Origin: a virus
Strand: one strand, 5' to 3'
IMG/VR virus record: IMGVR_UViG_3300020202_000066
Coordinates: 25,960 to 89,959 of that record
Length of the DNA: 64,000 nucleotides
Below the pieces are notes generated by a model. It worked only from the letters and a program-made list of their open reading frames with translations, did no database searches and was not told the origin of the DNA. Below, in pieces: positions 27,115-38,503 of this stretch. The first letter of the stretch is position 1; each line of letters begins with the position of its first letter. A program made the position numbers and the translations under genes.

Positions 27115-27723
27115 TCACGCCGCCTTCGTGCCGGCAGCCGCGGCGGCCGCCTTGGCAGCTTCCTTCGCCCGGGCCGCGGCCTTGCGCGCCTGGCGCTTCT
27201 CCTCGCGGGTGAGCTTCCTCGCGCGATGCTTCGGCTTCTTCGGCCGACCGTGCGGAACAGAAGCAACGCCCCGCAGCACGCCGAGGCGCTTGGCGTTGTC
27301 CCCGAGTTCGCGGTCGATCTGCTCGTCCGTGAGCTTGTCGGGGTCCGCGTCCTGGTCCACGACCTGGATCTTGCCGGTGTCGATGCGCAGCTTGATGCGC
27401 GACTGCCGCGCCTCGCGCGCCTGCTTGATCAGCGCCGCCTGCTGGGTCGCGGTGATGGGCCGGGGCTTGCCGTCTGCGTCCTTCGCGTCGAGCTCCGCGA
27501 GGGCTCGCTCCTCCAGCGACACGAAGAACGCCTCACAGCCCGCGAGGAACTCGGCGGGCTTCTGGTTCCAGCTGTCGCGGTGCCGCGCGCGCAGGCGCTT
27601 CTTCCAGACGCGAACACTGTCGGCGTCGGCCTGGAAGTGGTCCTCGATCTGGGAGTTGCGCCAGCCGGCGAGGACCATGCGCTCGAGGTCGCGCATCTCG
27701 ACGTCGGTCAGTCTGCGGGCCAC
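27115..27723 (-). CDS. HTH protein, possible terminase small subunit
   Basis: N-terminal HTH, helical core, D.LTDEQ motif, basic tail; GGAGG RBS. Confidence 0.5.
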   Translation of the reverse strand: MARRLTDVEMRDLERMVLAGWRNSQIEDHFQADADSVRVWKKRLRARHRDSWNQKPAEFLAGCEAFFVSLEERALAELDAKDADGKPRPITATQQAALIKQAREARQSRIKLRIDTGKIQVVDQDADPDKLTDEQIDRELGDNAKRLGVLRGVASVPHGRPKKPKHRARKLTREEKRQARKAAARAKEAAKAAAAAAGTKAA

Positions 27724-28670
27724 GGAGACCTCCCGGTCGACCGGCGGCGCGGCACCTGGGGGTTGCAGGTGTTCCAGCCTCGGGTCGATCCGAGGGGCAC
27801 TGTACACGCTTCGACGTCGAGTCAAGCGGACCCGCGAGAAACCACCGGGCGAGGTATGACTCGGTGAGTCAAGACGACCCGCGCGCAGGCGCGCGCGCAC
27901 GTGGGGAGGGGGGAATTCCAAGATGTTGCCCGCAACTTCACATGAAGCGGCCGGTCGTTTCCTCCCCTCTCTTCTCCACGCGCGCGCGAGTACTACTAGC
28001 GAGCTGAGTCCCCACTCGGCCGAAGAGAATCCGAGGGCCCGGTCGGGCTCGTGGCGTGCCCTCCCTCTTGGGCTTCCCGCTTCCTGCGCCGCTCTCCGCC
28101 CCTCCCGGCCGGCTTTCTCCCGCTCCTGCCCTCGCCCGCCCCTCCCGCTCCGCTCGGCTTCGCCCTCGCTCCTGGCCGTCGTTTCAGCTCCGCCCGACGG
28201 ACCCGGTACGGGGGATCGGACCCCCTCCGGGTCCCTTGCCCTTCCGCTTCCCATCTAGGTTTCCGCGGGTTTCATAGCGCCACTTTGTGCACGCTGAAAC
28301 CAAGTGCTCTCACGGTGCTCCTGTTCTGCCCGGCCGGCCGGTCTCCGGATGCACCTCTGCCTGGTCTGTCTTGCGCGGGTGGTTGTCGTTCCCTCTCCGA
28401 CCGGAAACGCGCAGTTGAGGGACGGGGATGGGGGCGAGAAAAGTGCGCGCATGGGTTGCGAGGGGGGTCAGAGCTGCTAGGGTCCGGGATGTGGGCGGTC
28501 TGGCCGGGACCGCCGCTGGTGGGGGGAGCGGACCGCGGTTGCTTGGCCGCGGAGGGCAGGGGATGCGCGCAGTGGGGCTTTCGCGGGGTGGGGTTCCTCG
28601 CGGAGTCGTTCGCTGTGTGCCGCTGGTCCCGATGCCCTTGAGCCCGGCTGTCGTCCTGACGGGAGGCCCT

Positions 28671-30257
28671 GTGACTGAGCCTGTGGTGATCGCGCAGCAG
28701 AGTGATCGATCCGCGGAGGAGTACAACGACCCCGACACGAAGCGCTACGTCGTCGGAGTCGTGCGCGAGGTCCTGTGTCAGGCCGGGTCCATCCTCGGTG
28801 AGGTGGCGCTCGCGGCTGACCGGCTCGATGTCGTGGTGGACGGCATCGCCTGTGGGAACAGCCTCCTCGACGACCTGAAGAAGCTCGGGGACGGGGCGGC
28901 GGACATGACGGCCGCGGGGGCTGCTGCGAGGGACCACGCGGCGACCATCGTCGCCCAGATCGTGGCGTTCTTCCACATGACGAAGCGGGACTTCGCTCCC
29001 GTGACCCCCGCGCCGCTGAGGAGCCTCTGATGTCGGAGGTCGTCGACCTCGCCCGGGTGCGCTCTGTGACGCGGCTCCGCTACGAGCTCGCGATCGCCGC
29101 GGGGCGTGTGCTCGGAGCTGTGCTCGCGCTCCGGTGGGACCGCCTCGACCTGTACGAGGCATGCGAGGCGGGCATCGTCCGGGTGAAGGTCACCAGCGGC
29201 GACGCGATGGTCACGCTGCAGACCTTTCGGCCGACGCGGATGCACATCCTCGCGGAGAGCACCGACATCGGAGGACCTACCGGGAACGAGGTGGACAGCG
29301 TGCCAGCCGACAGCCTCGAGGTGGGCATCGGTCTGGTGATGCTTACCCAGCTGGCCGTGCTCCGGAAGTCCGCGATGGAGCCACGGAGGAGTGCGCTGGG
29401 GGATGAGCTCAGGCGGATCATCCGGCGCGGGAAGGTGGCTGTCGGTGGGTAAGAGTCCCTACTGGCTCAGGAGCGGGTCACTGCGTCACGGGTCGGCTCG
29501 CCTTGATGCTGAGGGGTTGCCGCCTGAACCGATCGGTGCCGGCGCCGACGAGTGGCCGAAGTGTCGCAAGTGCTCCCGGCGGATGCCGGAGGGACGCTTC
29601 GGTTTCTGCTCCAACCGCTGCTCGATGCTCTACCACCAGTGTGGCTTCAACGCCTCCCACAAGCGGCCGATGGTGCGGGCCTTCTTCGAGAAGGTGGCGA
29701 GCCTGATCGAGTCGGATATGCCGCCGGCGGTCCGAGCTGCTCTCGAAGAGTTCCTCGCGGAGCACAAGGGCGCTGCATGGTCGGGGTTCGAGAGCTGGTT
29801 CACTGAAGAGCTGTGCCGCCGCATCACCGGCCGTAGGAGGGTCTGAGCTGTGGAGATCGTCAATGCCCGGCGCGGGCAGAACCCGTTCGCCGGCTACGCT
29901 GGCCAGTGGATCCTCCTCTACCAGGATCCGGGGTTCCGGCTCCCGTTCTGCTTCTGGGACGAGACGCGGCAGCGCATCCCCACCTTCAAGTCGAAGGACG
30001 ACGGCATTCGTGCGATGCAGTACCACGCCGTCTCTCGCGGCTTCTGGGCTATCTACGGCCGGTACGAACCCAAGTTGGTTCAGTACGAGAGCATGAAGGA
30101 GTTCGCGGACTACTACCACCAGATGCACTACACGCTGGAGATCCCCGTGGTCTGGTTCGGCTCCGTCGCCGAGATGGACGAGGTCGCCGAGTGCCGCCGG
30201 CTGATCACGCCCGGTGTGGTCCCGACGATGACAGGACTCATGGCGGTGGGCGAGTGA
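28671..30257 (+). CDS. Operon of hypothetical ORFs (~28671-29030, 29030-29452, ~29445-29846, 29850-30257)
   Basis: Abutting ORFs with RBSs. Confidence 0.5.
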
Positions 30258-30386
30258 CCCGCCACGAGGGTGATCCGGAGCTTGTGCGTGACGCCCGAGC
30301 CCTAGCCCTGTCCTTCGTCGCACTCATCCTGACCATCCTGACCGTGGCGCTGTGGTGCGCAGCGTTGCCTATCCCGGCGGTCTGAC

Positions 30387-31013
30387 GTGGGACGCCCGCG
30401 CACCCGCAAGCCCAAGACCTGCACGGCCTGCGGCCAGGTGTTCGAGGACAGGACGAAGGCCGGCGACCGCCGGCGGTGCCGCCTGCCCGGGTGCGGCTGG
30501 AAGTGCACCTGCTACTACTGCAAGGCGCCCTTCGTGAGCCACGGTCCTCGTCCGCCGACGATCTGTCGCGCGGAGGAGTGCCAGCTGAAGTACAAGCGCA
30601 ACCGGCAGCGCGCCTACTACCGGCGGCCGGAGAACGTCGAGAAGGTCAAGGGCTGGTGGGCGAACGCCCGCGCCAAGGCGCTGGCGGCCGCGAAGGCGAA
30701 GCAGGCAGAGCTCGCGAAGAAGGGGATCAAGAAGTGCCTGACTGCGATCCGTGACCCGAGCTACCCCTACGTCGACAAGCGCAAGAAGCGGCGCCGGGAC
30801 CGGGTCTGCGAGAACTACAAGATGGGCTGGTGCTACGCCGTGAAGCCCGAAGCCCGGTGCCCGCTCCGCCAGGCGGACCGGCCGGGATGTTCGATGTTCA
30901 AGCCGACGTCTGAGTGGCTCGCGAAACAGAAGCCCGCGCCGGACGTACCGCCGAAGAAGGCTAGAACGCCAGACGAGCCTGGTACTGGATCAGCTCCGGC
31001 ATCGGATACGTGA
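30387..31013 (+). CDS. Basic multi-Zn-finger protein
   Basis: Multiple CxxC motifs, K/R-rich. Confidence 0.6.
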   Translation: MGRPRTRKPKTCTACGQVFEDRTKAGDRRRCRLPGCGWKCTCYYCKAPFVSHGPRPPTICRAEECQLKYKRNRQRAYYRRPENVEKVKGWWANARAKALAAAKAKQAELAKKGIKKCLTAIRDPSYPYVDKRKKRRRDRVCENYKMGWCYAVKPEARCPLRQADRPGCSMFKPTSEWLAKQKPAPDVPPKKARTPDEPGTGSAPASDT

Positions 31014-31344
31014 TCCCGCTGCCGTAGTCCAAGACGATCTCTGCCTCGTACAGGCCGGGGTCGACCAGATCGGTGGCGGCCCAGTCGTAGTGGGCGAGCC
31101 CGCCGACCGCGTTGTCCACGTCCATCTCGGTGTCGTCGGCGTTGATCACCGTTGTGTCGCCGGCGCGGCGGAGCTTGAAATGCGGCGTGATGCTGGTGAG
31201 GTTCAGCGCTGTCCCGTCCGGGTTCGTGAACGCGAACTCCTGTCGCGGGCGCCTGGCTCCGGTGACGATCGGGATGACCACACTGCGGAAGTCTGCGCCC
31301 ACGGTCAGGACCTTCGTGGTGAGCCGGATCTCGATCGCGCTCAT
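30961..31344 (-). CDS. BppU-like virion protein
   Basis: G.ALNLT..G...Y.W...D..PG.YEAEI...G..TYP. Confidence 0.65.
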   Translation of the reverse strand: MSAIEIRLTTKVLTVGADFRSVVIPIVTGARRPRQEFAFTNPDGTALNLTSITPHFKLRRAGDTTVINADDTEMDVDNAVGGLAHYDWAATDLVDPGLYEAEIVLDYGSGITYPMPELIQYQARLAF

Positions 31345-32153
31345 TGAGGCCTCCGGTCCAGCCGGTCAAGGATCCGCTGGACGTCCCGTCCCATCCGCTC
31401 GACCTTCGCCTTGATCTCGGGCACACCTTGGACGACGGCAACGCGCTCGATGATCTGATCGCGGCACGTCGAGCCGAGCCACATTAGCGATGCGCCCAGC
31501 ACGGTCACGAGGCTCCAGAGCAGGAAGTCCCGACCTGCCCACCATGCCTTCGCGAGCGCCGGAAGGGTCATCCCTGCGATCTGCTGCTTCGCCGTGCTCA
31601 CTGACTTGGCCAGCTGGAGAACCTCTTGATCTCGGACTGCTGCGCCGTTGTTGACCTGCCTCACGGTGCTGGAGATCAGCTCACTCAGGCTCTCGATGCC
31701 GCCGGAGACGTCGGCGAATCCCTTGCGAGTTTCCTCGACAAACGCGTCGAGCCCCTTCTGGATGCTGTCGATCCGGTAGGCGGTGTCCGCGTCCATCATC
31801 GCCTTGCGCACGATGCCGACGAAGCTGTAGCTGTCCCCAACCAGCTGAGGCTTGTAGAACACCGGCAGATGACGCGGCGCGCGGAAGTGTTGGTCCGCAG
31901 TGAGGAAGATCACACGGATGGACGGGTGGTGCTCGATGATCCAGGCCGCGAGCGCCTCCCCATTCATCCCTGGGAGGGTTACGTCGGCGACCACGACGCT
32001 GATGGAGTTGCGCTTCAGCCGCTCAATGGCCGCCGCGGCCGTCGGGACACCCTCAGGATGCAGACCGGCCTCAGTGAGGATGTGTTGCATCAGGTCGAGC
32101 ACGTCCTGATCGTCGTCGACTACCAACACTGTGCGCGGGCCGGTGCTGGACAT
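31341..32153 (-). CDS. Response-regulator receiver domain fused to coiled-coil and TM
   Basis: VLVVDDD, ADVTLPGMNG, IFLT, KP; C-terminal hydrophobic helix. Confidence 0.8.
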   Translation of the reverse strand: MSSTGPRTVLVVDDDQDVLDLMQHILTEAGLHPEGVPTAAAAIERLKRNSISVVVADVTLPGMNGEALAAWIIEHHPSIRVIFLTADQHFRAPRHLPVFYKPQLVGDSYSFVGIVRKAMMDADTAYRIDSIQKGLDAFVEETRKGFADVSGGIESLSELISSTVRQVNNGAAVRDQEVLQLAKSVSTAKQQIAGMTLPALAKAWWAGRDFLLWSLVTVLGASLMWLGSTCRDQIIERVAVVQGVPEIKAKVERMGRDVQRILDRLDRRPQ

Positions 32154-32178
32154 GGTCTAGGCCCTCCGGGGATGCGCG

Positions 32179-32610
32179 CTACTGGTTCATACCGCGGCCC
32201 GTGAACACAGCCGCCGCGGCGTCGTTGTTCGTGATCCGGTACTTGCCCCACCCGGATGGAAGGAGCTGGAGGTCTGACCCGCCCTGTGCGGTGTTGATGG
32301 TGATGGTGTTGACGGCAGTGGTGCCAGCGGCGCTGGTCGCGGCCCACTTCGTGAAAGGGCCCGCCTGCGAGTTTGACTGCAGCACCTCGATCGTTACGTT
32401 GACGCTCCCCACGGTCGTGACGACCCAGTCCACGCCGTGGATCGTCGAGTCGCCGATGTAGAACGGCTGCGTGGTCGTGGCTGACGTGCCGGCCGCGACA
32501 TACTGGCTAGTGAAGAGCCGGTCGATAGACGGGGCGTAGACCTTCGAGTGAGCGCTGCTGACGGCCGGCAGCGCGCAGAGCAGGAGTGCAATCAGCAGCC
32601 ACCGCGTCAT
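32179..32610 (-). CDS. Beta-rich protein with signal peptide
   Basis: MTRWLLIALLLCALPAVSSA. Confidence 0.6.
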   Translation of the reverse strand: MTRWLLIALLLCALPAVSSAHSKVYAPSIDRLFTSQYVAAGTSATTTQPFYIGDSTIHGVDWVVTTVGSVNVTIEVLQSNSQAGPFTKWAATSAAGTTAVNTITINTAQGGSDLQLLPSGWGKYRITNNDAAAAVFTGRGMNQ

Positions 32611-32675
32611 CGCACCCTCCCTTTCGATGGTGTAGCACTGGGCGAACTTCTTGGACTTCATCGCTCAACCTCTCT

Positions 32676-33887
32676 TCAGTGCAACGGCCGGATGACGATC
32701 CGCTCGCGTACCAGAGTGTTGCCTGCCGCGGCATCGCCCCACTGCACCGCTACGCCGAGGTTCTTGGCGGTGGTGGTGTCCGCGGCGGTGCTTCCGCGCT
32801 TGGATCGGCCCGCGTCGCCTGTCCCATTGGTGATCGAGCCTGAGAGGCTGCCCGCTACCGTGCCGCTCGCACCTACCGCTCGAAACTCAACGAGCCCCTT
32901 CACCGACCACGCCGCATCGGTCAAACTTGCGTCCACATCGAAGGCGGGGGTTCGCGCAACGACGGTGCTCCCGTACATCAGCGCAAATGTGATGCTCGTT
33001 GGCGATGCGCTCGTAGAGAGCTTTCCGGATGCGAGGATCTCCCACGCTTGGCCCAACACTGCCGACGATGCTGCCAGCGAGAGCGTCGGGGTCAGCATCG
33101 TCTCCGTGGTAGTGTTGGCGATCGGGCTCGTGTCGTCGGTGCTGACGTACTTGTCGGCCCGGAGGGCAAGGATCCCGCTCCATGCGGAGTAGCTCCCAGT
33201 GCCGGTGAGTGCGCTGATCGTCGGCGCATCGGCGTCGACCTCGATCGTGATGATCAAGTCTGTCGGCGATCCTGGTGTCGTGCGTCGCACCAACAAGATT
33301 GCGTCGTGAGAGGCGTTCGACTTAAGAACGAGGGCGAAGTCACCTGCGCCATTGTAGTCGTTGAAGCCAGCGTCAGAGATCGGCGGGATGGTGCGGTACT
33401 CGTCTGCCGTGAGATCCATCCGCACTGAGAAGACGTAGGACTTCGCAGCCGCCAGTGCGCTTCCGCCGGCGGGGGGCGCGATAGACACTCGAAGCGTCTG
33501 TCCACCGAAATTGTGGACGAAGTTGGCTACGAACGCATAGTCGTCGGTGTTGCCTCCGAGCGTTCTGCTGTACTTCACGATGCGCTTCGTGCCCACGATG
33601 GTGACCACACCGTCGGAATTTGTGATGTCAGCATAGGCGCCAGCCGGCCCGGTTGATCCGGTTGATCCGGTTGCACCCGTCGCGCCCGTGGCTCCGGCAG
33701 AGCCAGCGGGGCCTGCTGAACCTGCCGCGCCGGTGCTTCCGGTTGCGCCTGTGGATCCCGTCGCGCCCGTGGCTCCCGTAGCACCGGTAGCTCCGGTCGC
33801 GCCGATACCACCGCCGGCCCCAGCTCCCGCCCAGCCGAATGCGGAGGAGTGAAGGACGAGGAGCAGAACTGCCGTGCGGATTCTCAT
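32676..33887 (-). CDS. Collagen-like fibre protein
   Basis: (GAT/GST)n triplets; signal-peptide-like N-terminus. Confidence 0.75.
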   Translation of the reverse strand: MRIRTAVLLLVLHSSAFGWAGAGAGGGIGATGATGATGATGATGSTGATGSTGAAGSAGPAGSAGATGATGATGSTGSTGPAGAYADITNSDGVVTIVGTKRIVKYSRTLGGNTDDYAFVANFVHNFGGQTLRVSIAPPAGGSALAAAKSYVFSVRMDLTADEYRTIPPISDAGFNDYNGAGDFALVLKSNASHDAILLVRRTTPGSPTDLIITIEVDADAPTISALTGTGSYSAWSGILALRADKYVSTDDTSPIANTTTETMLTPTLSLAASSAVLGQAWEILASGKLSTSASPTSITFALMYGSTVVARTPAFDVDASLTDAAWSVKGLVEFRAVGASGTVAGSLSGSITNGTGDAGRSKRGSTAADTTTAKNLGVAVQWGDAAAGNTLVRERIVIRPLH

Positions 33888-33914
33888 AGCGCCTCCATCC
33901 CCCCGGGGTTCCAA

Positions 33915-34313
33915 CTACTGGTCCACTCGGTTTTCGGTGATGTCAATCTGAACCGTCGTGTCCGCGCCGTTGCCCGCATCGTCCGTGACTCGCACTCGGA
34001 TCAATGGGAGCCACGTGTCCGGGATGTTGACTGCGTGCGGACTAGAGTCCGAGATCGTGATGAGAGCTCCTTGGACTTCCAGCTCCGGGGTCAGTGCTGT
34101 GTACTTTGTATCCGTGTCGGCGGTCGCACCCTCGACGAAGACCTTCAGGGCGGGGCTCGATCCGGCAGCCTTGATCCAGAGGGACATCTTCCCGATGCCC
34201 CGCTTGTGCCGGAAAGGAGTGCTTTTGATGTTCTGGCTGGCGCCCGGCACAGCAGTGCCGGCGGGCAGCAGCGTCTTGACGTTGTACTCAAGGTCGAGCA
34301 GGTCAACGGCCAT
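33915..34313 (-). CDS. Hypothetical beta-sandwich virion protein
   Basis: GGAG RBS, located in the late operon. Confidence 0.5.
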   Translation of the reverse strand: MAVDLLDLEYNVKTLLPAGTAVPGASQNIKSTPFRHKRGIGKMSLWIKAAGSSPALKVFVEGATADTDTKYTALTPELEVQGALITISDSSPHAVNIPDTWLPLIRVRVTDDAGNGADTTVQIDITENRVDQ

Positions 34314-34326
34314 GGCTCCTCCGTGA

Positions 34327-35133
34327 CTAGCGGTTCTGGCCCGCGTCCCGCACCGTGCCGGCGTATGGAATCGTGACCGCGAGCATCGTGGTGTCCCGCA
34401 CGACGGTCTCCGCGTAGCCTCCGACGATGCCGTGACCCCAGCGGGCGAAGCTGCAGTCCTTGAACAACGCGGAGGTCTCGCCAGCGCCGCCTGCATTGAC
34501 CCACGCGCCGTACGTCCCGGATCTGGTGACAGCCAGCGAGAACGAGCAGTCGGAGACCACGGTGCCGCCGGCACGATCCAGATGCAGGCCGACAACCTCG
34601 CCGCCCGCCGGTACCGTCATGCCCACCACGGAGCAGTGCTCGACCCGCATTCCGGGGCCAATCGCCTTGAACCCCATCGGGCGCGTCGAGCTGGCGAGTG
34701 TGGATCCGCCGGCGTCACTCACGGTGCAGTCACGGATGCGCCCGGCGCGACCATCGATCCAGAGACCGAGGTACGTTGGGGTGACCGAGAGGTTCGCCAT
34801 CTCGTGACCTGATCCGCCGAGATACCCGCAGCAGTAGAAGCCGCGAATCGAGCCATTGCGGACGCGCACGTTGGTGCGGCCGGAACACCACACGCCGAAA
34901 GCGATCGTGCCGGTACCGGCGTTGCCGACGAGCGCGTGGCCGCCGAGATCCAGCGTCACGTCGTTGGCGGCAATGACAACCGCATGTCCGGTGGCGTGCG
35001 GATAGGAGAGTGTGGAGGCAAGGCGGTACTCGCCCGGAGCCGAGATGCTGACGGGGAGGCTCGCGATCTGGATGGGCGCGGCGATGGCGCCTGCCGAGAG
35101 CAGCGCGATCAGCGCCAGGTGGAGCAGCCGCAT
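34327..35133 (-). CDS. Right-handed parallel beta-helix protein
   Basis: LP..I..PG.Y.L...I.ANDVTLDLGG...NV.VRNG.I.GF; signal peptide. Confidence 0.75.
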   Translation of the reverse strand: MRLLHLALIALLSAGAIAAPIQIASLPVSISAPGEYRLASTLSYPHATGHAVVIAANDVTLDLGGHALVGNAGTGTIAFGVWCSGRTNVRVRNGSIRGFYCCGYLGGSGHEMANLSVTPTYLGLWIDGRAGRIRDCTVSDAGGSTLASSTRPMGFKAIGPGMRVEHCSVVGMTVPAGGEVVGLHLDRAGGTVVSDCSFSLAVTRSGTYGAWVNAGGAGETSALFKDCSFARWGHGIVGGYAETVVRDTTMLAVTIPYAGTVRDAGQNR

Positions 35134-35277
35134 AGCGCCGCCTCCTCAGTAGTCGATCACCACCGTGGTGAGGATGACTTCCTGAGTGACCTCGGTGACG
35201 ATGGACTCAACTGTAGCCGCGGACACGACGACTTCCTGAGTCACCGTCGTCTCGATGATCGCTGACATTCAGATTCA

Positions 35278-35763
35278 CTACGCAGCTGGTGAGGGTGGCT
35301 TGGGTACCCCGATGCCGGGGCTCTGCGGTTGGGCGGCTTTGAGCCGAGCGTGGATCGCCAGCGCTAGGCTATCCAGCATCTCCTGGCTGAAGGCCGGTAC
35401 CGCTGGAGTCGACTGCGTTGCAGGCAGCGAGGCCTTCTCCATCTCCCGTCGATGCGTCCATTCTGCGAGAGCCTTGACGTCGAAGCTGGGAGGGCGAGCC
35501 TTGCCGAGGGCTCGCCAGAGGTCGTCGGCGTACTTGAGTCCCTTCTCCAGCCAGTCGTGGTCATCCTCCGGATTCTGGCGTCGGTACTTCGCGACCATGG
35601 CGTAGGCGCCAGCAAGGATGGTCTGGACGTCCTCCTGGAGCTCCTTGTTCTGCAGGTACTTGCCGAGACCCCAGTAGCCGAGGATCGCCAGGACGACGAA
35701 CGCGACGGCGTCCACATGCGCATGTAGAAACGCAAGTACCTGATCGAGAGACACTTGGATCAC
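35278..35763 (-). CDS. Holin-like single-TM protein
   Basis: N-terminal TM then charged helical domain. Confidence 0.45.
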   Translation of the reverse strand: MIQVSLDQVLAFLHAHVDAVAFVVLAILGYWGLGKYLQNKELQEDVQTILAGAYAMVAKYRRQNPEDDHDWLEKGLKYADDLWRALGKARPPSFDVKALAEWTHRREMEKASLPATQSTPAVPAFSQEMLDSLALAIHARLKAAQPQSPGIGVPKPPSPAA

Positions 35764-35855
35764 CTCCGGTCGAGGACAAGCGTTCGGGGGGCGAACTCTA
35801 TCTCATCGCGCCGCTGAGGACGAGGCGCTGTCGATGTAGTCATCGTAGCCGAGAC

Positions 35856-38489
35856 TCAGTTCAGTAGATGAACCTCGAACTGCTCGATGATGAGGGTTGA
35901 GAAGATGTTGGTGAGTACTCCGACGCTCCCACCGATCGTTGTGGAGCCAGAAGTATTGCCATTCGGGACGGAGCTACGTCCGGAGAAGTTGGGCGATGAA
36001 GTAGACCCGCCGAATTCTCCTCTTATCCATCCTGTCAGGTCTGCAGTTCCGGCACCCGATGAGCGGACCCATACGTCGAACTGGAGGTACCACGGTTTAT
36101 CGGTTTGATTGACCGGAACTGATACCGAGGAAGAAGACACGGTCATCGTACTGAACGTCGCATTGAAGGACGCCGTGGGCGCCGAGCCGGTCGATGTGTA
36201 CCTCCCGTACCATGTCGCTCTAAAGTGACGGCCGGTGAGATTAAAGGCTGCGCTTGGTGCGGCGAAAGTATTCGGGCTCGCGAATACATTCGTTCCGAGC
36301 GAATTGCCAAGGTTGCCGCTGTCCGAGTTGTTCTGGTACAGCAACGTGGGCACCACACCAGCGAACGACGTCCCTGTGCCCGGAATGACGGCACACCATG
36401 CCTGCTTGGCAGTGTCGTACCAGAGGTCACCATTCGCGGCGGTGGCGAAGGGACCAGTCCCGCCTGTCGAGTGGAGGCAGGTGTCCGCCGCGAGGTTCAC
36501 GGCTCGAGCGCATTCGAGGTTAATGTCCCCGCCAGATGCGATCAGGTTGATAGTCTTGATCGCCCCCGAGGAGCTCGCGCCTCCAGTGAGGAGGTCGATT
36601 CGTCCACCGGTTGCTCCGGTCCCGCCAGTTCCGGCGATCAGCTTGACCCGTCCCGAAACGCCCGTGCCTACTGCATTTCCGCCAGAGATCGTATTGTCGC
36701 CGCCATTGGCGTTGTTGCCTTGGCCGGAACCGCCAGAGACTGAAGCCGGTCCACCGTTGCCTGCGCTTGACCCGCCGTTGCCTGCGGCCGCAGAGAATGC
36801 CCCCCCGGCGCCAGTGACGCCGGGGGCGCCGCCGACCGCGTTGAGGGCGCCTCCCGTCGATCCGCTGTTGCTGGTGGCGCCGCCCTTGATGTTCGAGGAG
36901 TAGCCAGTCCCGCCGGTGTTCGTGGGGGGCTCGAGCGTGAAGTTGGCGGCAGACATCGTGGGCGAAGTGGCGAGCAGTGGGGCGGGAAGGGTGCCTGCAA
37001 GCGCGGCGCTCAGTGATCCCGAGTAGGATCCCGTGGCTCCGGTGGCGCCTGTCGAGCCTGTGGCGCCCGTGGCCCCGAGGTCGCCGGTGCGTGAGAATAC
37101 GAGGGCGATCGGGTCTCCGTTCGTGAACGGCGAACTCGCCGAGGCGCTCACATACACGAGCGTGATCTTGCGGTAACCGGTCCCGCTGGCAATGGATCCG
37201 GAGATTGTGAACAGGGCCCACTTCGATGGGTCGGTTCGATGCACAGCTCGGAGGTGGCCACGCACGGCGGATGTCGAGTCGGCAAGGGTGTCGACGATCC
37301 CGCTGATGGTCGTGCTGAAGGCGTCCGCGTTGTTGGCGTAGCTCTTGGTAACCGACGACATCGTGCCGTGGTCGAATCGTGCCTTGCCGGCCCCCGGATC
37401 GGCGTCGGTTGTGCCGTTGTCGAACGCGAACGCGAGCGTGACAGCGCCGCCAACGGCGCCAGTACTTCCGGTCGCCCCGGTCGCGCCCGTACTTCCGGTC
37501 GCGCCCCCAGCACCTGCGGAGCCTGCGGCTCCTGTGGATCCTGTGGATCCTGTTGCGCCAGTGGCGCCTGTTGATCCGGTCGCTCCAGTCGAGCCAAGGT
37601 CACCGGTGCGGCTGAAGGCGAGTGCAGTCAGGTCGCCGGGACCAAAGCTGGTGTCGCCACCTACCCAAGCGAGGGGGACCTTGACGTAGGTCGTCGCGTC
37701 GGTCACCGAGCCTGTGATGCGGTACTCTGCCCAGGAATCATAGTCCTCAAGATCGATCAGCCGGAGGGTCCCTTTCACAGCGCTCGAGCTGTCGTCGAGT
37801 GCGAGGAGGACGGACTCTAGATTTGTTCCGACGAAAGCGTTCTTGTTGATGTAGAGGAAAGTCGCGCTGTCCACGGCCGCATTGTTGAAACGAAATAGTC
37901 CCGCGCCGGGATTGCTATCCGCGGTGGAGCCGCTGTCGAACACGTACCGTCCGAGCTCTCCTCCGAAGGCGCCGGTCGCGCCCGCTGGGCCGACGAAGCC
38001 TGGACCGATAGGGCCGGTGGCTCCAGTGGATCCAGTTGCGCCCCTCGCACCCGTGCTCCCCGTCGCTCCGGTAGCCCCCGTGCTTCCGGTCGCGCCGGCT
38101 GGACCTGCCGAGCCAGTCGAACCGGTCGCGCCGGTTGGGCCCGTGGATCCCGCTGGCCCCGCAGCCCCGTCTGCGCCCGCGGATCCGGCAGGTCCAGTGC
38201 TGCCGGTGGCTCCCGTTGCTCCTGTGCTTCCAGTCGCACCTGTGGCTCCAGTGGCGCCTGTGGCACCCGTGGCGCCGGTTGCTCCGGCCGCACCCGCAGC
38301 CGCAGAGGCAGGTTCCCACTTCTGAGTGCTGCTGTTGTAGAGCAGGATCTGCCCGTTGGTAGGCGGGGTTTCCGATATGAGTCGCCCCATGATCCTGTCG
38401 CCGCGGGGAACGCCGCCGGCGAGCACTCCCGAGGCGAGGACGAGGAGCGCGAGAGTGCTCACGCTGAGGAGCGGGCGGTGCTGAGCCAT
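35856..38489 (-). CDS. Collagen-like tail fibre with duplicated internal domain
   Basis: Three GXY tracts; two [YF].FD..T.D..PGAG..RF....FSRTGDLG domains; Gly-rich region. Confidence 0.8.
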   Translation of the reverse strand: MAQHRPLLSVSTLALLVLASGVLAGGVPRGDRIMGRLISETPPTNGQILLYNSSTQKWEPASAAAGAAGATGATGATGATGATGATGSTGATGATGSTGPAGSAGADGAAGPAGSTGPTGATGSTGSAGPAGATGSTGATGATGSTGARGATGSTGATGPIGPGFVGPAGATGAFGGELGRYVFDSGSTADSNPGAGLFRFNNAAVDSATFLYINKNAFVGTNLESVLLALDDSSSAVKGTLRLIDLEDYDSWAEYRITGSVTDATTYVKVPLAWVGGDTSFGPGDLTALAFSRTGDLGSTGATGSTGATGATGSTGSTGAAGSAGAGGATGSTGATGATGSTGAVGGAVTLAFAFDNGTTDADPGAGKARFDHGTMSSVTKSYANNADAFSTTISGIVDTLADSTSAVRGHLRAVHRTDPSKWALFTISGSIASGTGYRKITLVYVSASASSPFTNGDPIALVFSRTGDLGATGATGSTGATGATGSYSGSLSAALAGTLPAPLLATSPTMSAANFTLEPPTNTGGTGYSSNIKGGATSNSGSTGGALNAVGGAPGVTGAGGAFSAAAGNGGSSAGNGGPASVSGGSGQGNNANGGDNTISGGNAVGTGVSGRVKLIAGTGGTGATGGRIDLLTGGASSSGAIKTINLIASGGDINLECARAVNLAADTCLHSTGGTGPFATAANGDLWYDTAKQAWCAVIPGTGTSFAGVVPTLLYQNNSDSGNLGNSLGTNVFASPNTFAAPSAAFNLTGRHFRATWYGRYTSTGSAPTASFNATFSTMTVSSSSVSVPVNQTDKPWYLQFDVWVRSSGAGTADLTGWIRGEFGGSTSSPNFSGRSSVPNGNTSGSTTIGGSVGVLTNIFSTLIIEQFEVHLLN

Positions 38490-38503
38490 GGCTCTCCTAG
38501 CTG

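Noticed and set aside
25841-27118. 425-aa minus-strand ORF and similar antisense ORFs (e.g. 6503-7540, 51880-53124, 55611-56891)
   Set aside because: Shadow frames of genuine genes on the opposite strand
37030-38300. 9-bp periodic DNA repeats as a separate element
   Set aside because: Explained by collagen-like GXY coding
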